NCBI GenBank assembly: GCA_020725385.1
Contig: DYFC01000060.1
Location: forward strand, 1 to 64,000
DNA: 64,000 nt
DNA from: Nitrospira japonica
Lineage (GTDB): Bacteria > Nitrospirota > Thermodesulfovibrionia > Thermodesulfovibrionales > SM23-35
Reading direction: 5' to 3'
How positions within the stretch are numbered: position 1 is the stretch's first letter; each line of letters begins with the position of its first letter. The notes under the pieces were generated by a model. That model was not told the DNA's origin. It saw only the letters and a list, made by a program, of their open reading frames with translations, and ran no database searches. The position numbers and the translations under genes were made by a program. Below, one piece after another: positions 9,921-20,736 of this stretch.

Positions 9921-10811
9921 ATGAAAATAAGGGTTATTATTTTATTTAACATTATTATCCTATCTTTAATTAATTCTGTTAATGCCAAAACTCCTGAGCT
10001 TTCAACAGAAGAAGCAATTATTGTTTATGATAATTCATTAAATTCAGTTGCTCAAGAAACAGCAGGAAAGTTACCTTTAATAATCAGGGAATTAGAGATA
10101 AGTCTCGGACTGAAAATACATTCCAGACCCATGATATTTTTAATAAAAGGCAGTAAAAATTTCCAACAAATTACAGGCAGCGATTTAATAGTTGCTTATG
10201 CTGTTCCTCATAGAAATTCTGTTTTTATTGATATATCAAGAGTATTTTCAAAGCCATTTAGTCTTGAGGCAACACTCAAACACGAGTTATGTCATATAGT
10301 GCTTCATCAAAATATTGAGAGCACTAACCTTCCAAGATGGTTCGATGAGGGAGTGTGCCAATGGGTAAGCGGCGGTATATCTGAAATTATCTCTGGTCAG
10401 GATAGTAATGTTCTTGAGAAAGCTATATTATCAGACAGATTGTTCAGCTTTCAGGAACTCTATAAATTTCCTGAAGAGCGAGATTCAATTTTGCTTGCAT
10501 ATCAGGAAAGCAAAAGTTTTATTGAATATATTTCAGATAAATATGGTGATAATAATTTAAAAAAAATTATTCAAAATCTTTCTTCCGGGAAGAATATAAA
10601 TGAATCTTTTCAGAATGGTATCTCAATAAATCTATATGAACTCGAGAAAAACTGGCAATCTTCTTTAAAGAAAAAGCATACATGGTTTTTATTTTTGAGC
10701 AATAATATTTATACAATTATTTTTCTATTTCTCTCTTTTTTAACGATATATGGTTTTTATAGATTGATTAAGAAAAAAAGAGAATATAAAGATGAGGAGG
10801 AAATAGAGTAA
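9921..10811 (+). CDS. Membrane-anchored zinc metallopeptidase (peptidase MA-like)
   Basis: Signal peptide, HELCH (HExxH) followed by PRWFDEG, C-terminal TM helix. Confidence 0.8.
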   Translation: MKIRVIILFNIIILSLINSVNAKTPELSTEEAIIVYDNSLNSVAQETAGKLPLIIRELEISLGLKIHSRPMIFLIKGSKNFQQITGSDLIVAYAVPHRNSVFIDISRVFSKPFSLEATLKHELCHIVLHQNIESTNLPRWFDEGVCQWVSGGISEIISGQDSNVLEKAILSDRLFSFQELYKFPEERDSILLAYQESKSFIEYISDKYGDNNLKKIIQNLSSGKNINESFQNGISINLYELEKNWQSSLKKKHTWFLFLSNNIYTIIFLFLSFLTIYGFYRLIKKKREYKDEEEIE

Positions 10812-10820
10812 AATAAAAAA

Positions 10821-11201
10821 ATGGCTAATATTATTCTTAGAATTATGATTAATGCTTTATCTATTGGTATCGCGGTAAAGGTTATTGATGGAATAACATT
10901 TACAGGTGAGTGGTGGAAAATGATTATAATTGGAGCTGTTTTCGGAATAGTAAATTCTTTTATAAAACCTGTGGTGACTTTTTTTGCATTGCCTTTGATT
11001 ATATTTACACTTGGTTTATTTACATTGTTTGTAAATACTCTGATGTTGATTATAACTGTCGAGCTATCCGAGCCATTTAAACTTGGATTGAGCATAAACG
11101 GATTTCTGCCAGCCTTTAAAGGCGCCATTGTTATAAGTATTGTAAGCATATTGCTTTCATGGATTTCAGGGATAAACAAGATTAAAATTTATAAGAATTA
11201 G
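10821..11201 (+). CDS. YvlD/phage-holin-family 4-TM membrane protein
   Basis: GIVNSFIKPV..FALPL.IFTLGLFTLFVN signature. Confidence 0.85.
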   Translation: MANIILRIMINALSIGIAVKVIDGITFTGEWWKMIIIGAVFGIVNSFIKPVVTFFALPLIIFTLGLFTLFVNTLMLIITVELSEPFKLGLSINGFLPAFKGAIVISIVSILLSWISGINKIKIYKN

Positions 11202-11247
11202 AGTTTCTGTTGACTTTATACGCTTGCCAAAATTAAACTTAGAGTTT

Positions 11248-12888
11248 ATGAAAAACGAGATTATTAATATTATTATTGATGCAATTAATAAGCTCAGCGT
11301 TTCCCGGATGCCAGCAATTGAACTTGAAATTCCGCCTCAGGAAATAATGGGTGATTTAGCGACTCCGGTGGCCATGAGCCTTGCAAAATCTCTAAAGAAG
11401 AATCCGAGAAAAATTGCAGAGGAACTGATTTCTCATATAGAGAGTAATGATATTTTCGAGAGGATAGAAATAGCAGGTCCCGGATTCATCAATTTTATTT
11501 TTTCTAAAAATTATTTAATCAGTAGAGTGAATGAACTTTTACAAAGTCCTTCGGTGTTTCTGAGAAAAAATATCGGGAAAGGCAAAAAAATACAAATAGA
11601 ATTTGTAAGTGCAAACCCAACAGGCCCATTGCATCTCGGTCATGGAAGAGGTGCAGCAACAGGCGCTGCTCTGTCTAATTTACTCGAAGCAGCGGGCTTT
11701 AGTGTTGTTCGCGAATATTATATTAATGATGCAGGAAGGCAGGTTAGACTTCTTGGACATTCGGTTTTTGCAAAATATCAACAAATACAGGGGATTGAGT
11801 ATCCATTCCCTGAAGATGGGTATAAAGGTCTATATATAGAGGATATAGCAAATGAAATAATTAAAAAAGAAGGTGGAAAATATCTCCAATCAGGTTTTGA
11901 TGAAGTAGCTGAATTTTTTATTGATTATTCTTATAAAAAAATTCTTGATGATATAAGAGAAGACCTTAGAGCATTTGGTATATTGTTCGATGTATGGCAA
12001 AGTGAAAGAGAACTTTTCAACTCCGGAGAGGTTGATAGCGCACTCGGATACTTAGAGGCTAAAGGGTATATTTATGAAAAGGATGGAGCTACTTGGTTTA
12101 GATCTTCTACTTTTGGAGATGAAAAAGATAGAGTAGTTAGAAAACAGGACGGCGAATATACTTATTTTACTTCTGACATAGCATATCATAAGAAAAAGAT
12201 AGAAAAAGAATACGACGAATTAATTGATATATGGGGCGCCGATCATCATGGTTATATTCCAAGAGTAAAAGCTATTATAGAGGCATTTGGTTACCCTAAA
12301 GAGAAATTAAAGGTATTGCTCGTTCAGATGGTTTCACTTCTTAGAGGAGGGAAACCTGTTCAGATGTCAAAAAGAGCAGGTGAATTTATTACACTCAGGG
12401 AAGTTATTGATGAAGTAGGAGCTGATACAACAAAGTTTATTTTTTTAACGAGAAGACCTGATAGCCATCTTGAATTTGATCTTGAAGTAGCTAAACTACA
12501 ATCATCTGAAAACCCGGTATTTTACGTACAATATGCTTATGCCAGGATAAATAGCATTTTTAGAAATGCTTTAGAGAAAGGCATTGATGTAGAGAATTTA
12601 AATTCTAATCTGGAATTTCTTGATGCACCTGAAGAGTTAAGAATCATAAAAAAATTATTAATGTACCCGATGGTTTTTGAGGGAGCTGTAATAACTCATG
12701 AGCCACACAGAATTACTTTCTATCTGCAGGAACTTGCGGGATTGTTTCATCCTTATTACAATAAATATAGAGTTCTTGCAGATAATCCTGATTTAACAAT
12801 TGCAAGACTTTTATTATGTAAAGCTGTAAGAATTGTTTTAGAAGAAGGCTTGAAGATACTTGGTATAAGCACTCCTGAAAAGATGTAA
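11248..12888 (+). CDS. argS: Arginine--tRNA ligase
   Basis: AGPGFIN, EFVSANPTGPLHLGHGR, WGADHHGY, MSKRAG, YVQYAYARI; ATG at 11248 preferred over TTG 11224. Confidence 0.96.
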   Translation: MKNEIINIIIDAINKLSVSRMPAIELEIPPQEIMGDLATPVAMSLAKSLKKNPRKIAEELISHIESNDIFERIEIAGPGFINFIFSKNYLISRVNELLQSPSVFLRKNIGKGKKIQIEFVSANPTGPLHLGHGRGAATGAALSNLLEAAGFSVVREYYINDAGRQVRLLGHSVFAKYQQIQGIEYPFPEDGYKGLYIEDIANEIIKKEGGKYLQSGFDEVAEFFIDYSYKKILDDIREDLRAFGILFDVWQSERELFNSGEVDSALGYLEAKGYIYEKDGATWFRSSTFGDEKDRVVRKQDGEYTYFTSDIAYHKKKIEKEYDELIDIWGADHHGYIPRVKAIIEAFGYPKEKLKVLLVQMVSLLRGGKPVQMSKRAGEFITLREVIDEVGADTTKFIFLTRRPDSHLEFDLEVAKLQSSENPVFYVQYAYARINSIFRNALEKGIDVENLNSNLEFLDAPEELRIIKKLLMYPMVFEGAVITHEPHRITFYLQELAGLFHPYYNKYRVLADNPDLTIARLLLCKAVRIVLEEGLKILGISTPEKM

Positions 12889-12926
12889 TTGACAATTATG
12901 CCTTTGTCTTGTTATAAAAGAAAGTC

Positions 12927-13844
12927 ATGATACCAAAAACAGATAAGATATGGATGGATGGAAAATTTGTTGATTGGGACAATGCCAATATACATGTAAT
13001 GACCCATTCACTTCATTACGGACTTGGAGTCTTTGAAGGTATAAGATGTTATGAAACCCCAAAGGGTCCGGCTATATTCAGACTTGATGAGCATGTTGAA
13101 AGATTATTCAACTCCGCACATATATTTCTTATTGATATTCCTTTTAGTAAAGAAGAAATTAAGAAAGCAATAATAGAAACTGTAAAAATTAACAAAATAA
13201 AGTCCTGTTATATCAGACCGCTTGTTTACATCGGTTACGGAGCTATGGGGCTTTATCCAAAAGGAAATCCTATTAATGTGTCAATAGCTGTCTGGTCATG
13301 GGGAACATATCTCGGAGAAGAAGGTATTGAAAAAGGCATTAGAGTAAAAACTTCATCTTTTATAAGGAATCATGTTAACGCAAACATGACAAGAGGAAAA
13401 GTATGTGGATATTATGTCAACTCCCAGCTTGCAAAAAAGGAAGCCATCTCATGTGGATACGACGAAGCATTGCTTCTTGATACCGAAGGTTATGTCTCTG
13501 AAGGAAGCGGTGAAAATATTTTTATAGTAAGAAATAATGTACTTAAAACTACGCCATTAACTTCGATACTTGAAGGAATTACAAGAAACAGTATAATCAA
13601 GATAGCCGAAGACAATGGTATTACAGTTAAGGAAGAAAGATTTACAAGAGATGAGCTTTATATATCAGAGGAAGCTTTTTTTACAGGGACAGCGGCAGAG
13701 GTTACTCCAATTAGAGAAGCTGATGGGAGAATAATAGGCGAGGGGAAACCGGGCAAAATTACGAAAAAAATTCAAACAATATTTTTTGATATTGTAAAAG
13801 GCAAGAATAAAAAATATAAATCCTGGCTTACTGAAGTAAAGTAA
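12927..13844 (+). CDS. ilvE: Branched-chain amino acid aminotransferase
   Basis: [37 protein letters not shown]. Confidence 0.96.
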   Translation: MIPKTDKIWMDGKFVDWDNANIHVMTHSLHYGLGVFEGIRCYETPKGPAIFRLDEHVERLFNSAHIFLIDIPFSKEEIKKAIIETVKINKIKSCYIRPLVYIGYGAMGLYPKGNPINVSIAVWSWGTYLGEEGIEKGIRVKTSSFIRNHVNANMTRGKVCGYYVNSQLAKKEAISCGYDEALLLDTEGYVSEGSGENIFIVRNNVLKTTPLTSILEGITRNSIIKIAEDNGITVKEERFTRDELYISEEAFFTGTAAEVTPIREADGRIIGEGKPGKITKKIQTIFFDIVKGKNKKYKSWLTEVK

Positions 13845-13854
13845 AAAATGATAG

Positions 13855-13891
13855 AAAAAGGGTATGGGAAAATTAAACCATACCCTTTTTT
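13855..13891. terminator. Bidirectional intrinsic terminator
   Basis: AAAAAGGGTATGG-loop-CCATACCCTTTTTT between convergent ilvE and cytochrome genes. Confidence 0.85.
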
Positions 13892-13896
13892 ATTAA

Positions 13897-14271
13897 TTAT
13901 TTCTTTTCCGGTTCTGCTACAGGGGCCGTAGCAGCTTCTTTTTTATGGCATTTTGTGCAATCCGAACCTTCTTTCCAGTCAAAACCTTTAGTGCCATTAT
14001 GACAGACACCGCAGAATTTGCCATCAACATGGTCTGCTTTTGTTATCTTTGCAGAACCTTCGGCACCGGGCATCTTCATCCCAAAAGGAATATTGCCTTT
14101 GTGGCATTCCATGCATTTACCGGGCCCAAGTTTGGTATTATGTAATTTGCCATCAAAAGTAACAGGTCCTAAGTCGCCATCCTTATAAACATAGGTCTTC
14201 ATCCCTGCAAATGCTGAAGTTATAAGAACAAGGGATGCAATAACAACCAGAATTAATGTTAAACGTTTCAT
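13897..14271 (-). CDS. Periplasmic triheme cytochrome c (c7-type)
   Basis: Signal peptide; three CxxCH motifs (CMECH, CGVCH, CTKCH); GPVTFDGKLH. Confidence 0.9.
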   Translation of the reverse strand: MKRLTLILVVIASLVLITSAFAGMKTYVYKDGDLGPVTFDGKLHNTKLGPGKCMECHKGNIPFGMKMPGAEGSAKITKADHVDGKFCGVCHNGTKGFDWKEGSDCTKCHKKEAATAPVAEPEKK

Positions 14272-14408
14272 TTAATCTCACCCCCTTTCATTTTGTATTT
14301 TTATTACAATTTAAAAATATGCTTTATTTTTATTTTAATATTCCATACATACTATAATCAATAAATATTAAAATTTTATTGCAATTCATTGTAAATTTGT
14401 AAAACTTT

Positions 14409-14437
14409 AGAATTCCTCGTTTTGCTCGGAATGACAG
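14409..14437. repeat. REP-like palindromic element (ATTCC-hairpin-GGAATGAC)
   Basis: AGAATTCCTCGTTTTGCTCGGAATGACAG, same end motif as the copies at 31.6 kb and 41.3-41.6 kb. Confidence 0.6.
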
Positions 14438-14633
14438 AGAATGATGGATTCGGAATGATAGGGAAAAAGGTTCGTACTATCATTTAGAGATGGGTATAAA
14501 CGACTGAAAAATCTTGACTCTTTTCACCGTGAATAGCAGAAAATGTTATAATTTTAAGAACATGGTCTTAAAAATATTAGCAACATATATATTATTTTAA
14601 TGACTATAAGAACCTATAGAAAAGATGAGTTAA

Positions 14634-14855
14634 ATGATTAAACATTCTGTAACTTTAAAAAAATTTGAAGATAATTTAGCAATCAAAGATGGAATTATTC
14701 CATTCGAAAAGGCAATGCAAATATTTGCCTCTCTCTGGACAGAAGCATACAATCTCGGTATCTTCCCTTTAAAAGAACCTCTTGAAGGAATAGAGACAGA
14801 TATAAGAATTGCCAAAATTTTAAATTCATGTTCGAGCAATTACTATCAAGAATAA
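14634..14855 (+). CDS. Small protein, putative antitoxin/partner of nucleotidyltransferase
   Basis: 73 aa, overlaps the downstream NTase gene by 28 nt. Confidence 0.6.
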   Translation: MIKHSVTLKKFEDNLAIKDGIIPFEKAMQIFASLWTEAYNLGIFPLKEPLEGIETDIRIAKILNSCSSNYYQE

Positions 14856-15382
14856 GCCAGGCTTTAACTAATAAGAAAATTCCTTATATGATTATAGGTG
14901 GCCAAGCAGTATTGGTTTATGGCGAACCAAGACTAACAAAAGATATTGATATTACACTGGGGGTTAATACTGAAAGACTCAATGATATTTTACAATTAAT
15001 AAAAGATTTGCCTTTAAAATTGTTGCATAAAAATATTAAGGACTTTGTTAATAGAACTATGGTTCTTCCAGCTATTCATGAAGATACAGGAATTAGAGTC
15101 GATTTTATATTTTCATTTACTCCTTATGTAAGACAGGCAATTAGTCGTTCAAGGAGAATACAAATTTTAGGAACAGATGTTTGTTTTGCAAGTCCCGAGG
15201 ATGTAATTATACATAAAGTTTTTGCTGGAAGACCAAGAGATATTGAGGATGTAAGAATTATTCTGTTAAAAAATCCTGATATTGATAAAAAATATATTGA
15301 AAAGTGGCTTAAAATATTCGACGAATCAAATGAAAGTGGTAATTTTTTAGAGATATTTAAAGAGATACTTAAGAATAAATAG
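14828..15382 (+). CDS. Nucleotidyltransferase-superfamily protein (putative toxin)
   Basis: IIGGQAV..GEPRLTKDIDI catalytic motif; PEDVIIHKVFAGRPRDIED. Confidence 0.8.
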   Translation: MFEQLLSRISQALTNKKIPYMIIGGQAVLVYGEPRLTKDIDITLGVNTERLNDILQLIKDLPLKLLHKNIKDFVNRTMVLPAIHEDTGIRVDFIFSFTPYVRQAISRSRRIQILGTDVCFASPEDVIIHKVFAGRPRDIEDVRIILLKNPDIDKKYIEKWLKIFDESNESGNFLEIFKEILKNK

Positions 15383-15469
15383 CTTTTATGTATTAACTCC
15401 TTCTTTGTTTTCCGGTTTTTCTTAAACAGTTTTCAAGCAAATTATCCTGATTTCAATTATAATTATTTA

Positions 15470-16201
15470 ATGAGGAAAGGAATATATTTATTACCCAATA
15501 CCTTGACCTTGTGCGGTATGCTCATGGGTTTTTATTCTATACTTGCCTCAATCAAAGGCAATTATATTCATGCTGCATGGGCAATATTTTTTGCAACTAT
15601 ATTTGATGGTCTTGACGGCTGGGTCGCAAGATTAACAAGTAGCACTACAAGATTTGGGATAGAACTTGATTCTTTGTCCGATCTTGTTGCTTTTGGTGTT
15701 GCACCCGCTGTGATGATGTACAAATGGGCCTTGCAACCGTTTGGAAGAATTGGCTGGGCTGTCTGTTTTTGGTTTATGGCATGTGGAGCTTTACGTCTTG
15801 CCCGCTATAATGTTCAGATGGGTTCTACAGAATCAAAAGCGTTTACCGGAATGCCAATACCGGCAGCAGCCTCTATTTTAGCCTCTGTTTTGCTTTTTTA
15901 TAATGAAATCTGGGGTGGAATTCCAGGGAAAAATGTTTATTTACTATTAATTACAATATTATTGGCCTTTCTGATGGTAAGCACATTGCGCTATCATGGA
16001 GCAAAGGAAATAAATTTCAGGGAAAGAAAACCTTTTTGGATACTTGTTGCTTTTGTGATTGTTTTGATGTTAATTATTATTCATCCACCAATATCTCTTT
16101 TCATATTTGCAATGGTTTATTTGTTTGGCGGTATAATTGAAAATATAATTCTTTATTATAAGAAAATGAAGAAAAAGAAGGAGGAACAGATTTTACAATG
16201 A
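15470..16201 (+). CDS. pssA: CDP-diacylglycerol--serine O-phosphatidyltransferase
   Basis: DGLDGWVAR..S.TRFGIELDSLSDLVAFGVAPA, RLARYN, FTGMP. Confidence 0.93.
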   Translation: MRKGIYLLPNTLTLCGMLMGFYSILASIKGNYIHAAWAIFFATIFDGLDGWVARLTSSTTRFGIELDSLSDLVAFGVAPAVMMYKWALQPFGRIGWAVCFWFMACGALRLARYNVQMGSTESKAFTGMPIPAAASILASVLLFYNEIWGGIPGKNVYLLLITILLAFLMVSTLRYHGAKEINFRERKPFWILVAFVIVLMLIIIHPPISLFIFAMVYLFGGIIENIILYYKKMKKKKEEQILQ

Positions 16202-17706
16202 GAATAATAAAAATATTTGATACAACACTTCGAGATGGCGAACAATCTCCAGGAGCATCAATGAATACTGCTGAAAAACTTCTGGTGGCAAAACAACTCG
16301 CCAAGCTCGGAGTTGATGTTATAGAGGCAGGGTTTGCTTATAGCTCACCTGGTGATTTTGAGGCTATAAAAACAATAGGAAATGAAGTGGAAGGACCGGT
16401 CATATGCAGTCTTGCGAGAGCTCGTGAAGAGGATATAAAAAGTGCATATGAAGCATTGAAAGATGCTCCCAAAAAACGTATTCATACTTTTCATTCAACA
16501 TCTGATATTCATTTAAAATATCAGTTTAGAGTAAGCAGGGAAGAAGCCCTGAAGCGTTCTGTGGAGATGGTTAAATTAGCAAGGAGTTTTGTTGATGATG
16601 TTGAATTTTCGCCAATGGATGCTACAAGGACAGATATAAATTATTTATGTGAAGTAGTTGAAGCTGTAATAGAAGCAGGAGCATCAACTGTAAATATACC
16701 GGATACAGTCGGATATATTATACCTGTGGAATTTGGGAATATAATCAAAACTCTTTTCGAGAGAGTTAAAAATATAAATAAAGCGATTATTTCTGTTCAC
16801 TGTCATAATGATCTTGGTCTTTCTACTTCAAATTCTCTGTCAGCAGTTCTAAATGGAGCAGGTCAGATAGAATGCACAATAAATGGCATTGGTGAAAGAG
16901 CAGGAAATTGTTCTCTTGAGGAAGTTGTTATGGCTTTGAGAACAAGAAAAGATCTCTTCAAAGCAGACACCAAAATAAAGACAGAGGAAATTATTCGTAC
17001 AAGCAGATTAATTACAAAGATAACAGGTATAGCAGTCCAGCCAAATAAAGCAATTGTTGGAGCAAATGCTTTTGCTCATGAATCAGGCATACATCAGGAT
17101 GGGCTTTTAAAAGAAAAATCAACCTATGAAATAATTAGACCGGAAAGCATAGGTCTTTATTCAACAAAACTTGTTCTTGGAAAGCATTCAGGAAGACATG
17201 CTTTCAAGACCCGGCTTAAAGAACTTGGGTATGTACTTTCAGACGAGGAATTAAACAAGGTATTCGAAAAGTTCAAGAAACTCGCTGACCAAAAGAAAGA
17301 CATTTTTGATGAGGATATTGAAGCACTGGTATCAGAGGGTTCTGTTGAAGTGCCTGAATTTTATAGTCTTGTTGATCTTTATATAGCAAGTGGAGTGAAC
17401 CAAAAACCAACCGCAGCTATAAAACTTAAAGCCGGCGAGGAGATAATTGATAAATTAGAGCATGGCGACGGACCAGTTGATGCTACATATAAAGCAATTT
17501 CTGCTATAACAGGCACAAAGAGCAAACTCTTGAAATTTGAAGTAAAAGGAATTACAGGTGGCACCGATGCTCTTGGTGAAGTTATAGTTTCTCTTGAGGA
17601 AGATAATAGAACTGTAAGAGGTCATGGAGCCGATACAGATATTATAGTTGCAGCAGCAAAAGCTTACATTAATGCGCTTAATAAACTGGCAGCAAGAAAA
17701 AAATAG
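16198..17706 (+). CDS. leuA: 2-isopropylmalate synthase
   Basis: DTTLRDGEQSPG, HCHNDLG, GERAGN, HESGIHQDG, C-terminal regulatory domain (GDGPVDA). Confidence 0.96.
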   Translation: MRIIKIFDTTLRDGEQSPGASMNTAEKLLVAKQLAKLGVDVIEAGFAYSSPGDFEAIKTIGNEVEGPVICSLARAREEDIKSAYEALKDAPKKRIHTFHSTSDIHLKYQFRVSREEALKRSVEMVKLARSFVDDVEFSPMDATRTDINYLCEVVEAVIEAGASTVNIPDTVGYIIPVEFGNIIKTLFERVKNINKAIISVHCHNDLGLSTSNSLSAVLNGAGQIECTINGIGERAGNCSLEEVVMALRTRKDLFKADTKIKTEEIIRTSRLITKITGIAVQPNKAIVGANAFAHESGIHQDGLLKEKSTYEIIRPESIGLYSTKLVLGKHSGRHAFKTRLKELGYVLSDEELNKVFEKFKKLADQKKDIFDEDIEALVSEGSVEVPEFYSLVDLYIASGVNQKPTAAIKLKAGEEIIDKLEHGDGPVDATYKAISAITGTKSKLLKFEVKGITGGTDALGEVIVSLEEDNRTVRGHGADTDIIVAAAKAYINALNKLAARKK

Positions 17707-17720
17707 TAAGATTAAATACC

Positions 17721-19460
17721 ATGAATTTGTCGGAGAATGCATTAACAGTTCTTAAAGCCCGTTATCTTCTCAAAGATGAGGCCGGAAATATTATTGAAAC
17801 ACCAGAGCAAATGTTTGGAAGGGTTGCAAGGACAATTTCATCAGCAGAAGAAAATTATTCCGGGAATTTATCCTTCTGGGAAGAAAAATTTTTCCGCATC
17901 ATGACAGATTTGAGATTTCTCCCGAATTCTCCTGCATTAATGAACGCCGGCAAAGAAATTGGTCAACTTGCTGCCTGTTTTGTGCTCCCTGTAGATGATT
18001 CAATGGAAGGTATCTTTAATACACTTAAATATGCTGCTTTAATTCTACAAAGCGGCGGAGGCACAGGTTTTTCGTTTTCAAAACTAAGGCCAAGAGCAGA
18101 TAAAGTTCGTTCAACAGGTGGTGTTGCAAGCGGACCTGTCTCGTTTATGAAAGTATATAATTCAGCAACCGAAGTAATAAAGCAGGGTGGGGCAAGAAGG
18201 GGAGCTAATATGGGTATTTTACGAATTGACCATCCTGACATATTGGAATTTATAAAAATTAAAAGAGAAGAGAAAGAACTCGCTAATTTCAATATTTCTG
18301 TCGCGGTAACAGATGCTTTCATGCAAGCTCTCAAGAACAACGGAGAGTATGAACTTGTTAATCCCCGCACCAGGAAAGTTTCGGGTAGAATAAAGGCAAA
18401 AGAAATTTTCAATGAACTTATAGAAAGCGCATGGAGAACAGGCGATCCAGGGATAATATTCATAGACAGAATTAATGCTGCAAACCCTACACCTCATATA
18501 GGTACGATAGAATCTACAAATCCATGTGGAGAACAACCTTTACTTCCTTATGAAGCATGTGTATTGGGCTCTTTAAATATCTCAAAATATGTAAAAGAAA
18601 GAAAGTTCCATCAAAATAAATCATATGCAATTGATGTAAATAATTTTAACTGGGATGTGCTGCAGGATGATATTAAAACAGCCGTAAGGTTTCTTGATAA
18701 TTCAATTGATGTTAATAAATATCCGGTTCCCGAAATAGAGGAAATGCATAAGGGGAACAGAAAAATAGGCATAGGTGTGATGGGATGGGCAGATGCTTTA
18801 ATACTTCTTGGAATTCCTTATGACCATAAATCAGCCTTAGATTTTGCCGGAACTGTAATGAAGTTTATACGTGATAAAGCAAGAGAAGCTTCAATTGAGC
18901 TCGCATCCCAAAGAGGTTCTTTTCCTAATTTTAAGGGTTCAATTTATGACCAGCAAGGATTGCCCGGCATAAGAAATGCAACTACTACAACAATTGCGCC
19001 TACAGGTACTTTGTCTATTATTGCCGATTGTTCAAGCGGAATTGAGCCCTTGTTTGCTATTGCATATAAAAGATATGCTCTTGAAATGGAACTTACCGAG
19101 ATAAACAAATATTTCCTTGAAATCATAAATAAAGAAGGATTGTATAATGAGACTTTAATGGAAAAGGTTAAAAGAACAGGTTCTTTGAAAGGAATAAAAG
19201 AGATACCTCTTAAAATTAAAAAGCTTTTCAAGACTGCTCATGAAATATCTCCTGAAAAACATATTGAAATGCAGGCTCGTTTTCAAGAATTTACAGACAA
19301 TGCTGTTTCAAAAACTATAAATATGCCACACAAAGCAAAAAAAGAAGATGTTGCCCGTGCTTTTATGCTTGCTTATGAAAAAGGTTGTAAAGGCATAACA
19401 ATATTTAGATACGGCACTGCAAAAAAGGGTACACTCATGAAATTTGCCGACACTGATTGA
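17721..19460 (+). CDS. nrdJ: Adenosylcobalamin-dependent ribonucleotide reductase (class II), short form
   Basis: NSPALMNAG, LAACFV, QGGARRGANMG, TNPCGEQPL, CVLGS, IAPTGT, KGITIFR. Confidence 0.92.
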   Translation: MNLSENALTVLKARYLLKDEAGNIIETPEQMFGRVARTISSAEENYSGNLSFWEEKFFRIMTDLRFLPNSPALMNAGKEIGQLAACFVLPVDDSMEGIFNTLKYAALILQSGGGTGFSFSKLRPRADKVRSTGGVASGPVSFMKVYNSATEVIKQGGARRGANMGILRIDHPDILEFIKIKREEKELANFNISVAVTDAFMQALKNNGEYELVNPRTRKVSGRIKAKEIFNELIESAWRTGDPGIIFIDRINAANPTPHIGTIESTNPCGEQPLLPYEACVLGSLNISKYVKERKFHQNKSYAIDVNNFNWDVLQDDIKTAVRFLDNSIDVNKYPVPEIEEMHKGNRKIGIGVMGWADALILLGIPYDHKSALDFAGTVMKFIRDKAREASIELASQRGSFPNFKGSIYDQQGLPGIRNATTTTIAPTGTLSIIADCSSGIEPLFAIAYKRYALEMELTEINKYFLEIINKEGLYNETLMEKVKRTGSLKGIKEIPLKIKKLFKTAHEISPEKHIEMQARFQEFTDNAVSKTINMPHKAKKEDVARAFMLAYEKGCKGITIFRYGTAKKGTLMKFADTD

Positions 19461-19466
19461 TGATTT

Positions 19467-19856
19467 ATGGAAGAGAAAAAAGCAATTAAAGAATTTGTTC
19501 AGAAAACACTTGGTTGCGGTTGTCCTGAGGAAGTGTTTAAAATTATTGAGTGTCAAGATAATATTCAATGCGGCGATTTAATTGTAAGAAGAAAAATTAA
19601 TATTGGCAACAGACTCCTTGTATATATTTTTGATTTAAGTAAGAATGCTATCCTTACAGAAATACTTCCTTTACTCTTAGAGTCAGGCAAAGAGGAAAGA
19701 GATAATAATAGATACAATAGATTCAGACTTGTTCTATCTGTTGACAATGTTGGAAGTATTGAAAGAACTGTTTTTGATCTGTTTAATAAAATTAATACAG
19801 ATGAGAAGATTCACCTTCATGTAATAGAGAAAAAGCTATGTAAAATAGCCCTCTAA
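19467..19856 (+). CDS. Conserved hypothetical protein with LGCGCPEEVF motif
   Basis: 129-aa ORF 6 nt after nrdJ; CGC motif. Confidence 0.65.
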   Translation: MEEKKAIKEFVQKTLGCGCPEEVFKIIECQDNIQCGDLIVRRKINIGNRLLVYIFDLSKNAILTEILPLLLESGKEERDNNRYNRFRLVLSVDNVGSIERTVFDLFNKINTDEKIHLHVIEKKLCKIAL

Positions 19857-19962
19857 CTACCTTATAAAAAAAGAGGGTTGTTTAATGGAGGTATGAGGTA
19901 AATCCGAGAGCGAAATTGTCTTTGAAGTCTGAAAGAAGTATAATAATCAGGTATTAGATATT

Positions 19963-20730
19963 ATGAAAATAAATGTAATAGGATGTTCAGGAGCCGAAAT
20001 ACCGGGGCATAATGCTCCAAGTTTTTTACTTAATAATGAGATTGTTTTTGACGCAGGAAGTATTACGAGTGCACTAAATATCAAATCGCAATTAAGAATA
20101 AAACATATTTTTATAACACACGCTCATCTTGATCATATAAGAAGTATTCCATTCCTTACCGATAATATTATTCTTGGAAAAAACAGACACACCATTAATT
20201 TATATAGTATAAATCCTGTTATATCTACCATAAAAAAACATCTTTTCAATAGTTCAATGTGGCCTGATTTTACATTGATACCAGATCCTGAAAATGCTAT
20301 TCTTAATCTGTCGAAATTGAGAACTAATAAACCTGTTAAAATAAATGACTATACAGTAACTCCGTATAGAGTAAATCACCCTGTACCAGCGGTCGGGTAT
20401 CTTGTGGAGGATAAGAAAAGCAGGAAATTATTCTATACAGGCGATACAGGTCCGACACCTAAAACATGGGAAAAAATCAAATCAAAAAAATTGAACTGTC
20501 TCATAATAGATGTTTCATTCCCTGATAGAATGAGAGAATTGGCAATAAGTACCGGACATCTTACTCCTCAATTACTGAAAGAAGAAATAGCTACAATGTA
20601 TAATTTGCCGGAAAAAATCTGTATTACCCATCCTAAACCACAATATTTTAAAGTTATTCAATCAGAATTGAAAAAGACCGGCCTGAAAAATGTTCATATT
20701 TTAAAAGAAGGGGAAATAATAAGAGTTTAG
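19963..20730 (+). CDS. Class II cyclic-nucleotide phosphodiesterase (metallo-beta-lactamase fold)
   Basis: DAGS, THAHLDH, WPDF, NHPVP, TGDTGP, GHLTP. Confidence 0.85.
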   Translation: MKINVIGCSGAEIPGHNAPSFLLNNEIVFDAGSITSALNIKSQLRIKHIFITHAHLDHIRSIPFLTDNIILGKNRHTINLYSINPVISTIKKHLFNSSMWPDFTLIPDPENAILNLSKLRTNKPVKINDYTVTPYRVNHPVPAVGYLVEDKKSRKLFYTGDTGPTPKTWEKIKSKKLNCLIIDVSFPDRMRELAISTGHLTPQLLKEEIATMYNLPEKICITHPKPQYFKVIQSELKKTGLKNVHILKEGEIIRV

Positions 20731-20736
20731 GTTAAA

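Noticed and set aside
10821-11201. Holin as evidence of a prophage
   Set aside because: YvlD-type membrane proteins are common chromosomal genes; no phage genes nearby
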